Source: Methanobacteriota archaeon (GTDB lineage: Archaea; Thermoplasmatota; Poseidoniia; MGIII; CG-Epi1). From it: DNA of 64,000 bases. The notes beneath the pieces are model-generated. The model ran no database searches. It was not told the origin of the DNA and was given only the letters and a program-made list of their open reading frames with translations. This document shows positions 9,339 to 18,269 of this stretch, in pieces. The position numbers and the translations under genes are program-made. The DNA lies in assembly GCA_029977605.1 (NCBI GenBank), contig JAPOKN010000001.1, positions 28,064 to 92,063 of the forward strand. Reading direction: 5' to 3'. Positions within the stretch are counted from its first letter, which is position 1; every line of letters begins with the position of its first letter.

Positions 9339-9653
9339 TTAATCTTGTGAAGATGTAAAAGAGGAAATAGTTCTTTTAAACATTCCACCGAAACCAATTA
9401 CTGTAGTTATTAGGATTCCAACGAACATTATTAGATAACCTAAGTATAAATTTTCCAAATTATTATTAAAATCAGATTGGTTTGCGTCTCCATTAAGTGC
9501 CATTAAACTGATAAGGCCTAATATAAATCCTCCAATTAATAAAATAAATCCTAAACTAATTCCTATTTCTGAAGTTGTAAATCCATCTTCTTCCACATCT
9601 GGTTTTCCTTTAAAATCTGGAAAATCATCCTTACCTGTTTCTTCATCAGACAT
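9339..9653 (-). CDS. Small membrane protein (2 TM) with acidic N-terminus
   Basis: 104 aa. Acidic N-terminus followed by two hydrophobic helices. No recognisable family. Confidence 0.3.
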   Translation of the reverse strand: MSDEETGKDDFPDFKGKPDVEEDGFTTSEIGISLGFILLIGGFILGLISLMALNGDANQSDFNNNLENLYLGYLIMFVGILITTVIGFGGMFKRTISSFTSSQD

Positions 9654-9697
9654 AAGATAGCCAGAAATAATAGGTTAATAAGCTTGCCCTTATTATT

Positions 9698-11299
9698 TTA
9701 GTTTATTTTCTTATGTTCTAAAGCAGCTTTCACTAATCCAAAATGTAATGGCGACGGATTATCAGGTCTTGATTTAAACTCAGGATGAAATTGTGATGCC
9801 ATAAAATAAGGATGGTTTTCTAACTCAAGAATCTCCATACGTCTTCCACTCTTATCTCTTCCAGTATATTTCATTCCCTTTTCTTCAATTTGCGATATAT
9901 ATTCTGGATTGATTTCGTATCTGTGACGATGCCTTTCAAATATAGTATTACTATTGTATAACTCTTGGGCTTTTCCTCCTGAAATCACAACTTCATGGTC
10001 ACCTAATCTCATAGTAGCTCCCATATCCTTTACACCTTCTTGTTCAGGTAAGATGTCTATTACAGGATGCTTTCCTTCAGAATCTAACTCTGATGAATTA
10101 GCATCTTTTAATCCTAAAACGTTACGAGCGAATTCTACAGTAGCTAGCTGAAATCCGAAACAAACACCGAGGTATGGAGTATTAGTTTCACGAGCCCATT
10201 TAGCACTCATTATTTTTCCCTCTGAGCCTCTACTTCCGAATCCACCAGGAACTAGAACACCATTTACGCCTTCAAGGCTTTTTGTATTTCCACTATCTTC
10301 TAAATCAGGAGCTTCAATCCACCTTATTTTCACTTTACAATCAAGTAATGCACCTGCATACCTCAAGGATTCCTCGTGGGATATGTACGAATCTTTCAAG
10401 TCAGTATATTTTCCTATTAAAGCAATTTCTACACCATTTTTACCATTTGAAATCCTCTCAGCAAAATCTTCCCATTTAGTAAGGTCCGGTGTTTTAGGCG
10501 TAAGTCCTAGACGTTTCTCAACTAAGTCAGGTAATTTTTGATCGAGGAAGACCATAGGTACATCGTAAATGGATCTTGCATCAGGTGCAGAGATTACACA
10601 TTCACGAGGTATATCAGCAAAAAATGCTATTTTTGTAGCTATTTCTTCTTCAAGTTTTGTACTACTTCTTCCCACAATAATGTCAGGTCTTATTCCAAGT
10701 CCCTGTAGTTCTTTTACAGAATGTTGAGTTGGCTTTGTTTTTTGTTCTCCTACTGCACCTACTACTGGAACTAGTGTTGTATGAATGACCATTACATTTT
10801 CTTTGCCTTCTAACCTTCCCAATAACCTAACAGCCTCCATAAACGGCATCGATTCAATATCTCCTACGGTACCTCCTAATTCCACCATACAAATGTCAGC
10901 TTCAGCACTTTTAGCAGCATTTTGTATTCCATCTACAATTTCACGAACTACGTGTGGAATTATTTGAACAGTTTGACCTAGATAATCACCGCGCCTTTCT
11001 TTTTCGATTACATTTTTGAAAACTTTTCCTGTAGTAATATTATGTTCTTTTGTTAAATTACAACTTAAAAACCTTTCATAATTCCCTAAATCTAAATCTA
11101 CCTCTGAACCATCAGTCATTACAAAGACTTCACCGTGTTCGTATGGATTCATAGTCCCAGCATCTACGTTTAGATAAGGGTCAATTTTAACAGCTGTAAC
11201 TTTGTATCCTGCGCGTTGCAGTAGTAGGCCAGTAGAAGACGATGTAATTCCTTTTCCTATCCCAGAAAGAACTCCGCCGGTCACAAGTATATATTTCAT
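9698..11299 (-). CDS. pyrG: CTP synthase
   Basis: MKYILVTGGVLSGIGKG N-terminus, a synthase domain and a C-terminal glutamine amidotransferase domain with GVCFGFQ (catalytic Cys) and HPEF. 533 aa. Confidence 0.95.
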   Translation of the reverse strand: MKYILVTGGVLSGIGKGITSSSTGLLLQRAGYKVTAVKIDPYLNVDAGTMNPYEHGEVFVMTDGSEVDLDLGNYERFLSCNLTKEHNITTGKVFKNVIEKERRGDYLGQTVQIIPHVVREIVDGIQNAAKSAEADICMVELGGTVGDIESMPFMEAVRLLGRLEGKENVMVIHTTLVPVVGAVGEQKTKPTQHSVKELQGLGIRPDIIVGRSSTKLEEEIATKIAFFADIPRECVISAPDARSIYDVPMVFLDQKLPDLVEKRLGLTPKTPDLTKWEDFAERISNGKNGVEIALIGKYTDLKDSYISHEESLRYAGALLDCKVKIRWIEAPDLEDSGNTKSLEGVNGVLVPGGFGSRGSEGKIMSAKWARETNTPYLGVCFGFQLATVEFARNVLGLKDANSSELDSEGKHPVIDILPEQEGVKDMGATMRLGDHEVVISGGKAQELYNSNTIFERHRHRYEINPEYISQIEEKGMKYTGRDKSGRRMEILELENHPYFMASQFHPEFKSRPDNPSPLHFGLVKAALEHKKIN

Positions 11300-11377
11300 T
11301 GACTCAACGGACTAATACATGTTGGAAGCTCCCTATAAGGCCGTCGGTCCACTTAAACCCCTTTTCATTGATATATT

Positions 11378-12280
11378 GTGACAATAGATATCAAACGGCA
11401 TAATAGCAAATTATTTTGGTTTGATTTAGAGCCCAACAATGAAAAAGAATTTATTACAATTTATATTTTAATAGATGATAAAATAACACTAATTGAAACA
11501 GGTCCAGCTTGTTCACATGATAACTTAATTAGGGGAATAAATGAAGCTGGATTTACATTGTCAGATATAGACTTTATTATTCCTACTCACATTCACTTAG
11601 ATCATTTTGGCGGAGGAGGGCACATTATGGAAGTTTGCCATAATGCTAAAGCAGTAGTACATCCAAATGCAGTTTATCATATTTCTAATATAGATAAGTG
11701 GTGGTCAGGTAGTCTTGATTTTTTAGGAGATGTTGCAGAGCTATACGGAGAGCCTCTACCAATTCCTGAAGAAAGGATAATATCAGCTGAAGACGGTTTT
11801 AAGCTGGATTTAGGGTCATCAACGTTGAATGCCATGCACACACCTGGACATGCTCCACATCACATAACCTGGATAAATAATGAGTCAGCTTTTGTTGGCG
11901 ATTCTCTAGGGCTTTGGTATCCGGAGATAAATAAGGCATTTCCAGTTACTCCAGGATATTACCGGCACGATTTGGCTCTGCAAAGCATAAGCAACATGTC
12001 TAAATTGAATATAGATGAATTATTTTATACACATTTTGGACCGAGGCCAGCAGCAGGTGCTTTTCAGCAGACTATTAATGAATTTGAGACTTGGATGTCT
12101 ATTGTTGAAGATGGTATTAATGAAAGTCTCAGTTCAAAAGAAATATTGGGTACTTTATTTTTAACGCAAGACGGATTAAAGCTTACAGATATTAAGCATG
12201 GAATACATCAGAGAAACACTCATTTAGGTTCCATTGAAGGGATGATGGGTTGGATTAAAAGAGAAAATGAGAAAAACTAA
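11378..12280 (+). CDS. Metallo-beta-lactamase fold hydrolase
   Basis: HIHLDHFGGGG (HxHxDH zinc motif) with downstream His/Asp residues. GTG start. The 3' end overlaps the next gene by 14 nt. Confidence 0.75.
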   Translation: MTIDIKRHNSKLFWFDLEPNNEKEFITIYILIDDKITLIETGPACSHDNLIRGINEAGFTLSDIDFIIPTHIHLDHFGGGGHIMEVCHNAKAVVHPNAVYHISNIDKWWSGSLDFLGDVAELYGEPLPIPEERIISAEDGFKLDLGSSTLNAMHTPGHAPHHITWINNESAFVGDSLGLWYPEINKAFPVTPGYYRHDLALQSISNMSKLNIDELFYTHFGPRPAAGAFQQTINEFETWMSIVEDGINESLSSKEILGTLFLTQDGLKLTDIKHGIHQRNTHLGSIEGMMGWIKRENEKN

Positions 12281-12842
12281 TACTATTTCAACAGTTGAGC
12301 AATCTCCATACCCTCATGTGGTTGTGGAAGATTTTCTAGACGAGGATACCTTAGATTTAGTAATTGATGCACTTGCAGGACTTGAGTACAGTTTCAGTGA
12401 ATCTGATCTTTTTAGTTATTGGGCAAGTGTGAAGTTAACTGACATTGATCATCCTGCACTCAACGTATTAAGAGAAGATCTAGGCGATAGGTTGTGGAGA
12501 AAAGAAGTTTCACAAGCTTTTCAAGTTTCTAAATTATCTAGAATTGACATGGCTGCATACGTTTACGGGCAAGGGGATTTTTTACTGCCACACGATGATC
12601 AAGTAGAAGATCGCATCATCGCTTACAGTTTACATCTAACTCCAGATTTAGAAGAATTGGATGGAGGTTCGCTAGATCTTTTTGAAGGCAGAAAAGATGG
12701 TACTTCTAAATTAGTCAAATCAATAATTCCTAAATTTAATTCATTGAATATGTTCGAGGTTTCGGAGACCTCTTGGCACCAAGTTAGTGAAATTTTAACA
12801 GATATTCAGCGATTAACTCTTACAGGCTGGTACCATGTCTGA
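12267..12842 (+). CDS. 2OG-Fe(II) oxygenase, OGFOD1/Tpa1/Ofd1-like N-terminal catalytic domain (putative ribosomal uS12 prolyl hydroxylase-like)
   Basis: YPHVVVEDFLDEDTLDLV...ESDLFSYWAS resembles the OGFOD1 N-terminus (DLY.F.QS.DL). GDFLLPHDDQVEDRIIAYSLHLT closely resembles the OGFOD1 segment [22 protein letters not shown] and carries the HxD iron-binding motif. A distal His is at TSWHQVSE, and an R..T element follows it. Confidence 0.6.
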   Translation: MRKTNTISTVEQSPYPHVVVEDFLDEDTLDLVIDALAGLEYSFSESDLFSYWASVKLTDIDHPALNVLREDLGDRLWRKEVSQAFQVSKLSRIDMAAYVYGQGDFLLPHDDQVEDRIIAYSLHLTPDLEELDGGSLDLFEGRKDGTSKLVKSIIPKFNSLNMFEVSETSWHQVSEILTDIQRLTLTGWYHV

Positions 12843-13389
12843 AATTAATTTTTATTATTTAGAGAAGCCTACGCTTTCTAACCTAAATAGAATATTTGGT
12901 TCAGCAGATATTCCTTTTATTCGCTTGTCTAAGTTTTTATCTAAAGAGGAGGTAAATTTTGATATGAAATCACAAAGGGATGAAAAAATAGGTTTTTACA
13001 GAAGATACGTGAGTCCTTCCCATCTTGGAGATTTCTGGGAGTCTAAAGATTTTCTTAGTTTTTTGGAATCAGGAACCGGTCTTAATCTTAAATTTCGTTC
13101 ATCACAAGGCCAAACTTATGGTCCCGGTGATTACTCCCTTCTGCATTCTGAGGAATTTGAAAGAAAAAGGTTAGTAGTAGTTTATGATTTCACAAATAAT
13201 TGGAATATTGAGTGGGGCGGACATGACATCTATACTTCTCCAGAAAAGGATCCCTTGATTTGCAACAGAGATGCAGGAACACTGATGCTAACTTTGCTGG
13301 ATGAAGGTGATTATTCCTGTACAAGATACGTTAGTTTGAAATCAGATTCTAAAGTTGTTATTGACAAAGTTATTTACGATTTAAAATAA
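12835..13389 (+). CDS. Second double-stranded beta-helix (cupin-like) domain protein, probable degenerate OGFOD1 C-terminal-domain analogue
   Basis: Partner ORF translationally coupled to the previous one (ATGTCTGA overlap). Similar size (184 aa) and beta-rich composition. Has an HSEE...GGHD pattern but lacks a clean HxD...H triad. Confidence 0.4.
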   Translation: MSEINFYYLEKPTLSNLNRIFGSADIPFIRLSKFLSKEEVNFDMKSQRDEKIGFYRRYVSPSHLGDFWESKDFLSFLESGTGLNLKFRSSQGQTYGPGDYSLLHSEEFERKRLVVVYDFTNNWNIEWGGHDIYTSPEKDPLICNRDAGTLMLTLLDEGDYSCTRYVSLKSDSKVVIDKVIYDLK

Positions 13390-13457
13390 TTACTTATTTT
13401 TGAGTACCTACGCTGTTTTTATATCTCACACACAAAACTAATGATTAGGAGATTATT

Positions 13458-14165
13458 TTGTCTAACTCAATTAACCTTGAAAAAACGAAGATGGAATTAC
13501 TTAGGGGGAATCCAATTTTTGTCTTCGACGAAGAGGGCAGGGAATCCGAAACTGATATTTTCTTTTATGCCAAATCAGTTACAAGTAATAATTTAAATTA
13601 TTTGAGAAAAAATGGAGGGGGGATGATTTTCTTAGCCTCTGATTATTCTATTTCAAGAAAATTGGGAATTCCTTTTATGGAAGAGATATATGAGGCTGCA
13701 TTTTCAAATTCAAATGAGTTTGCGATATTAGAGATGATGAAACACCATTCATTACCTTACACAAAGTCTAAATCTTCATTTTCCATATTTATTAATCACA
13801 AGGATACTTTTACTGGGATAACTGACGACGATCGTTCTCTAACTGCGCGTTCATTTTCAGAAGTTTTTGAGCAAGCCGAAGCTATAAGCGCTGAAGAATC
13901 TAGAAACATAATGGGAAATTCGTTCAGAAGTCCAGGCCATGTACCAATTTGCATAGCGGCTTCTAATGGACTTTCTGAGAGGCAAGGACATACAGAATTA
14001 ATAACTGAATTATTTAAAAAAATAAGTTTAACACCTGTTGCATTAGGCTGTGAAATGGTTTCTAAATCAGGTAAATCCCTAACACGTTATGAAGCAGAGA
14101 TTTTCGCAAAAGATAATGGATATTTATTTTTAGAGGGCCAACATATCAAAGAGGTATGTTTGTGA
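13458..14165 (+). CDS. ribB: 3,4-dihydroxy-2-butanone 4-phosphate synthase
   Basis: Closely resembles archaeal RibB: KSSFSIFINHKDTFTGITDDDRSLTARSFSE against the M. jannaschii [25 protein letters not shown], and FRSPGHVPI...RQGHTE. Stand-alone, not fused to GTP cyclohydrolase II. Confidence 0.85.
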   Translation: MSNSINLEKTKMELLRGNPIFVFDEEGRESETDIFFYAKSVTSNNLNYLRKNGGGMIFLASDYSISRKLGIPFMEEIYEAAFSNSNEFAILEMMKHHSLPYTKSKSSFSIFINHKDTFTGITDDDRSLTARSFSEVFEQAEAISAEESRNIMGNSFRSPGHVPICIAASNGLSERQGHTELITELFKKISLTPVALGCEMVSKSGKSLTRYEAEIFAKDNGYLFLEGQHIKEVCL

Positions 14166-14602
14166 AAGTTGTAGCTACTGGTGTTTTTGATATAATTCAC
14201 ATAGGTCACGCCCACTTCTTGAATGCAGCCAAAAAGCATGGTGATCATTTGACAGTTATTGTAGCTAATGATGCTACGGTCAGGAAAATGAAAGGGGAGC
14301 CCATTTTATCAGACAAGAGGCGCTCAGAAGTAGTTTCTCAACTTAAACCCGTAGATAAAGTAGTTATAGGAAGGACGGGAGATATGCTTGATATTATTGT
14401 TGAAGACATAAAACCTGATGTTATTGCATTAGGCTTTGATCAACGATTATTTACGACAAAAGAATTAGCAGCTAAACTACTGGAAAGGGGCTTAGAAGTT
14501 AAAGTAGTTAGACTTGAAGAAATGGAACAAGATTTAGCAGGTTCACGTAAAATAATTTCTAAAATTTTAAAGATATATAGGAAAAAATATAGTTCTGAAT
14601 AA
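14156..14602 (+). CDS. ribL: CTP-dependent FAD synthetase (archaeal RibL, cytidylyltransferase family)
   Basis: VVATGVFDIIHIGHAHFLNAAKKHGDHLTVIVANDATV is the HxGH nucleotidyltransferase motif. About 148 aa. Sits inside the riboflavin operon. Confidence 0.8.
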   Translation: MFVKVVATGVFDIIHIGHAHFLNAAKKHGDHLTVIVANDATVRKMKGEPILSDKRRSEVVSQLKPVDKVVIGRTGDMLDIIVEDIKPDVIALGFDQRLFTTKELAAKLLERGLEVKVVRLEEMEQDLAGSRKIISKILKIYRKKYSSE

Positions 14603-15216
14603 TGGTTTTTACAGGAATAATACAAGAAAAAGCGCAGGTATCTAGTATTGAAAAATCACAAGATTTTTCTAGTATTCAAGTAGTGGCAAGTTCAGATTTC
14701 GTAGAAGGTATTAAAATTGGAGCAAGCGTTTCAATTGATGGAGTTTGCTTAACAGTTACTTCAATAAAGGATAATAGTCTGACTTTCGATATAATTGTAG
14801 AAACCTTAAGAGTCACTAATTTATCAAATTTAGAGGAGTCCGACTTAGTTAATCTAGAAAGGGCAGCACGTTTTGGGGATGAAATTGGCGGACATATTAT
14901 TTCAGGGCACGTTTCTGGAATCGTTAAAATATCAAAAATCAAAAAGACAACTAATAATCACATTCTTTCCTTTAAAGCAAGTAATGATTTGATAAAATAT
15001 ATTTTTCCAAAGGGGTATGTCTCATTAAACGGAATAAGCTTAACTATTGGAGAAGTAAATAGAATAGATAATATTTTCACAGTTTATTTAATTCCTGAAA
15101 CGTTAAGAATTACGACTATGCAAGATAAGAAAATTGGAGATATGATTAACTTAGAAATCGAAACGCAAACCAAAAATACTGTAGATTTAATAACTGAAAT
15201 GCAGGTGAGAAAATAA
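14602..15216 (+). CDS. ribE: Riboflavin synthase alpha chain (bacterial/eukaryotic type, two lumazine-binding repeats)
   Basis: MVFTGIIQE..., GASVSIDGVCLTVT, ERAARFGDEIGGHIISGHV, and a second repeat GYVSLNGISLTIGEV...VYLIPETLRITT. Alignable along its length to E. coli riboflavin synthase. Confidence 0.85.
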   Translation: MVFTGIIQEKAQVSSIEKSQDFSSIQVVASSDFVEGIKIGASVSIDGVCLTVTSIKDNSLTFDIIVETLRVTNLSNLEESDLVNLERAARFGDEIGGHIISGHVSGIVKISKIKKTTNNHILSFKASNDLIKYIFPKGYVSLNGISLTIGEVNRIDNIFTVYLIPETLRITTMQDKKIGDMINLEIETQTKNTVDLITEMQVRK

Positions 15217-15620
15217 TGGCAAAGTCTGTAGCAATTGTAGCTGGTAGCTATCATAAAGGAAAAGTTGAGAAAATGGTTGAGATTGTTAAATCATTGTCAT
15301 CTGAAAACAATTTATTGATCGAAGAAATAAGCTGGGTTCCAGGGTCAATGGAGCTTCCACTACAGATTAAACGTTTGTTACTTAGGGAATCAATTGAAGG
15401 CGTAATAGTTTTAGGAATTATTGAAAAAGGAGAAACAGATCATGGTCTAGTTATGGGTCAGGCAGTTACTAAGTCAATTATAGATTTACAATTACTTTCA
15501 ATGAAGCCTATAGGTTTTGGAATAATAGGTCCCGGTGCTGAAGAAGAACAAATTGATAAAAGAGTAGAAATACATGCTAAGCAAGCAGTAATAGCAGTTT
15601 CCGAGATGTTATCTAATTGA
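15216..15620 (+). CDS. ribH: 6,7-dimethyl-8-ribityllumazine synthase
   Basis: 134 aa. MAKSVAIVAGSYHKGKVEKMVE...ISWVPGSMELP matches the lumazine synthase N-terminus and the VPGAFELP motif. Confidence 0.75.
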   Translation: MAKSVAIVAGSYHKGKVEKMVEIVKSLSSENNLLIEEISWVPGSMELPLQIKRLLLRESIEGVIVLGIIEKGETDHGLVMGQAVTKSIIDLQLLSMKPIGFGIIGPGAEEEQIDKRVEIHAKQAVIAVSEMLSN

Positions 15621-18234
15621 TTTTCTTTTTTATTTTCCAATTACTCATTTTATATTTTTCTATTGTATAGTGGAGAGCATGGTAGAAGCTTGGTAGAGCA
15701 AAAACAGCCATTAGGAGAGAGAATAGGACCAATGTAATAATTAATGCGAAGAAATTTCTTAATCCAATAAATTGACTACTAAAGAAGGAAATGAGAACTC
15801 CGGAGAACACTCCTCCCATCGTGGTAAATGTAGCTTCTACCACTGATTGACCTGTATTTTCAACAGCTTTTTGAATTCCTTCAGGAGTAGTGCCTTCTTC
15901 TCTTACTCTTTCAGTAATTTGAATTGAATTATCAATACCAATTCCGATAATAATTGTTCCAACCATCGCGGTAAAAATATTTAGATTAGTACCTCCTGCA
16001 TCAACAGTAGCCGGATACCATAGAATTACTAACAAGATAGGTAAGAAAGTAATTACTCCGAATTTAACTGAACTAAAAATCACAATCATGGTTATCAAAA
16101 CTAAAAGTAAACTTAGCTTAATCGTATCGAATTGAGTTTCTTGAATTCCTTCATTAATAGCAATGCTTACAGGAGGCCCTCCAGTTAACTGAGACATTTG
16201 CGCGTCATGGGCATGAATTTGTTTATCTCTTAAAAATGCGATATCATCTATTTCATTAACTAAGATTGTAGTATCATCAATATTGATGTACGGCATGCTA
16301 ACATAAATTAGTGCTTTATCATATTCATCAGTCAAAAGCATGGCTCGCATTTCATCAGTAAATGATTCGTAAAATACATCGATCATATCACTCCTTAGTT
16401 GTTCTCTACTGTAAAGCGGATTTATATCAATCCAAACATAATCATCACCAAAAAAGTCACTGTGCAAGAAATCCCAAAAGCTTCCGTCGAATTCAAATTG
16501 AGTTTCACCATCTAAATCTTCTAAGGCTATAGTGATATGTGCCGATTTGAAAAAGTCCACGATAGAAAATGCTGAAACATTTATGAGTTCATTAGAATTT
16601 CTATTAGTAACAGATAAATTATTTATTTCACCTTGCGTCCAATTCATCACATCTAAAACATCTAAATCTTTAGCAGCTGGCTTTAATCTATCTTCAGGTC
16701 CGTTTACTAGTAAAATCCCAGTTTGTCCAGCCTCAAATTTTTCAGAATATTCGCCTAATTTCTTAATTGAATCTATATCTTCAGGTGCAGATTCACTTCC
16801 TTTGATATCTTGATCCATTACTGCAATTCTTGCTATAGAGTAAGAAGTTGTTAGGAGAAGAACTAATAAAATCACTTTCCACTGTTTTGTTGATAGGACA
16901 GCTATACTTTTCCACCCTTCTGATTTATGCCTTGAATAATTAGTTAGCTTCATAATTGCAGGAGTCATACTTACTGTCAGAAAGAATGCGCACATTACTC
17001 CAACAATCATAGTAAATCCAACAGTTCTCATTGGAGCAATTGGAGAAATGAAGAGAGCAGAAAAACCAATTGTATCAGTTACGGCACACAGAAAAGTTGC
17101 TTTACCTGTTGTAAGTAATGCTAAAAATGTAGCTCTTGGCATTTTATTTCCTTCATCTTTAAATTCCACAATTCGATTAGCTACGTGTAATCCATAGTCA
17201 ACACCAATTCCAACCAAAATTGGTCCAGCTGCTACGATCATAGGGGTCAGAACCACTCCAGATAAATTTACAATCCCAAGAGTCCAAATTAAAGCACAAA
17301 AGATTGGTACTAAAACAACAGGTATGGCCAACCAATTTCTATGAAAAAATAGCATCATCGCGATAACTATTCCCAATGAAATAGGTAACATTGTTAGTAA
17401 ATCATCGTATAGTCTAGCAGTTACTTCGTGAAGAACAACAACAAGACCAGTTTGAGTCATGTCAGTTCTAGCATTATATCTTTGATCAATATGCTCTTGA
17501 ATCTTAGCAATCATTTCCTCTTGTGAAGCATCATTATTTTCGCCTTGATATTTTAGGGCGAATAGAATTACTGCCGTATCAATTATTTTATCATCATTTG
17601 TATCTATAGCAAAATTTTGTAAGGCTGATGAGGTACTATCATATATTTGGTCTACTCTATCTTGATCATCTGGTATATTGTATGTACCAGTCAGATTTAC
17701 GGTATCATCGTCATTTTGCTCAATACTTAATCCACCAAATATTTTCCCTTCAGTTGCTTCTATAAATCTAGCATTTGTTGAGTTAAATTCCTTAATTAGA
17801 GTAGAAATACTTAGTGTAAAAATTATTCCGTCTTTATCTCCTCGATCGGCCTGATAAGTTTCCAAATCTTCACTTTGTCCATATTTATCAATTGTAGTTT
17901 CAAGAAGAGCAATTTCTTTCAAAGTAGGAACATATGTAATATTATCAACCACAATATCATTAAAGACATTAGGATCATTTGCATTTCCTGTTTCAATATA
18001 GACAATTATTAGATCAGTTGCCCAATCTTGTCTAACTTCAATTAATATTTCTGTAGATTCCTCACCTTCAGGAAGATATACTTCGATATCTCTTGTCATA
18101 TTTTCTTCGAAGGTTAAGGCAGATTGTAGAAGAAGAAGAGTTATTAGACTAAGAACGGCAATGGTGGCTACAGCATTTTTCAAAATTATATTAGTATAAA
18201 TTTGAACTCCGTTCTCTAAAGTCTTTGTAATCAC
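15613..18234 (-). CDS. RND-superfamily exporter, MMPL/SecDF-like (12 TM with two large periplasmic/extracellular loops)
   Basis: 873 aa with two blocks of about six TM helices, each following a large hydrophilic loop. GIGIDNSIQITERV and GVDYGLHVANR are the typical MMPL/RND TM4/TM10 motifs. Confidence 0.7.
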   Translation of the reverse strand: MITKTLENGVQIYTNIILKNAVATIAVLSLITLLLLQSALTFEENMTRDIEVYLPEGEESTEILIEVRQDWATDLIIVYIETGNANDPNVFNDIVVDNITYVPTLKEIALLETTIDKYGQSEDLETYQADRGDKDGIIFTLSISTLIKEFNSTNARFIEATEGKIFGGLSIEQNDDDTVNLTGTYNIPDDQDRVDQIYDSTSSALQNFAIDTNDDKIIDTAVILFALKYQGENNDASQEEMIAKIQEHIDQRYNARTDMTQTGLVVVLHEVTARLYDDLLTMLPISLGIVIAMMLFFHRNWLAIPVVLVPIFCALIWTLGIVNLSGVVLTPMIVAAGPILVGIGVDYGLHVANRIVEFKDEGNKMPRATFLALLTTGKATFLCAVTDTIGFSALFISPIAPMRTVGFTMIVGVMCAFFLTVSMTPAIMKLTNYSRHKSEGWKSIAVLSTKQWKVILLVLLLTTSYSIARIAVMDQDIKGSESAPEDIDSIKKLGEYSEKFEAGQTGILLVNGPEDRLKPAAKDLDVLDVMNWTQGEINNLSVTNRNSNELINVSAFSIVDFFKSAHITIALEDLDGETQFEFDGSFWDFLHSDFFGDDYVWIDINPLYSREQLRSDMIDVFYESFTDEMRAMLLTDEYDKALIYVSMPYINIDDTTILVNEIDDIAFLRDKQIHAHDAQMSQLTGGPPVSIAINEGIQETQFDTIKLSLLLVLITMIVIFSSVKFGVITFLPILLVILWYPATVDAGGTNLNIFTAMVGTIIIGIGIDNSIQITERVREEGTTPEGIQKAVENTGQSVVEATFTTMGGVFSGVLISFFSSQFIGLRNFFALIITLVLFSLLMAVFALPSFYHALHYTIEKYKMSNWKIKKKIN

Positions 18235-18269
18235 AAGTACCCTATCGAGGCCTCAAAATAAATGTAATC

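Noticed and set aside
12835-12842. Interpreting the two DSBH ORFs as a pseudogene produced by a frameshift.
   Set aside because: Not rejected outright. The ATGTCTGA junction is a classic translational-coupling overlap and both ORFs are intact and of similar size, so two genes is the simpler reading. It is flagged in the finding for read-level verification.
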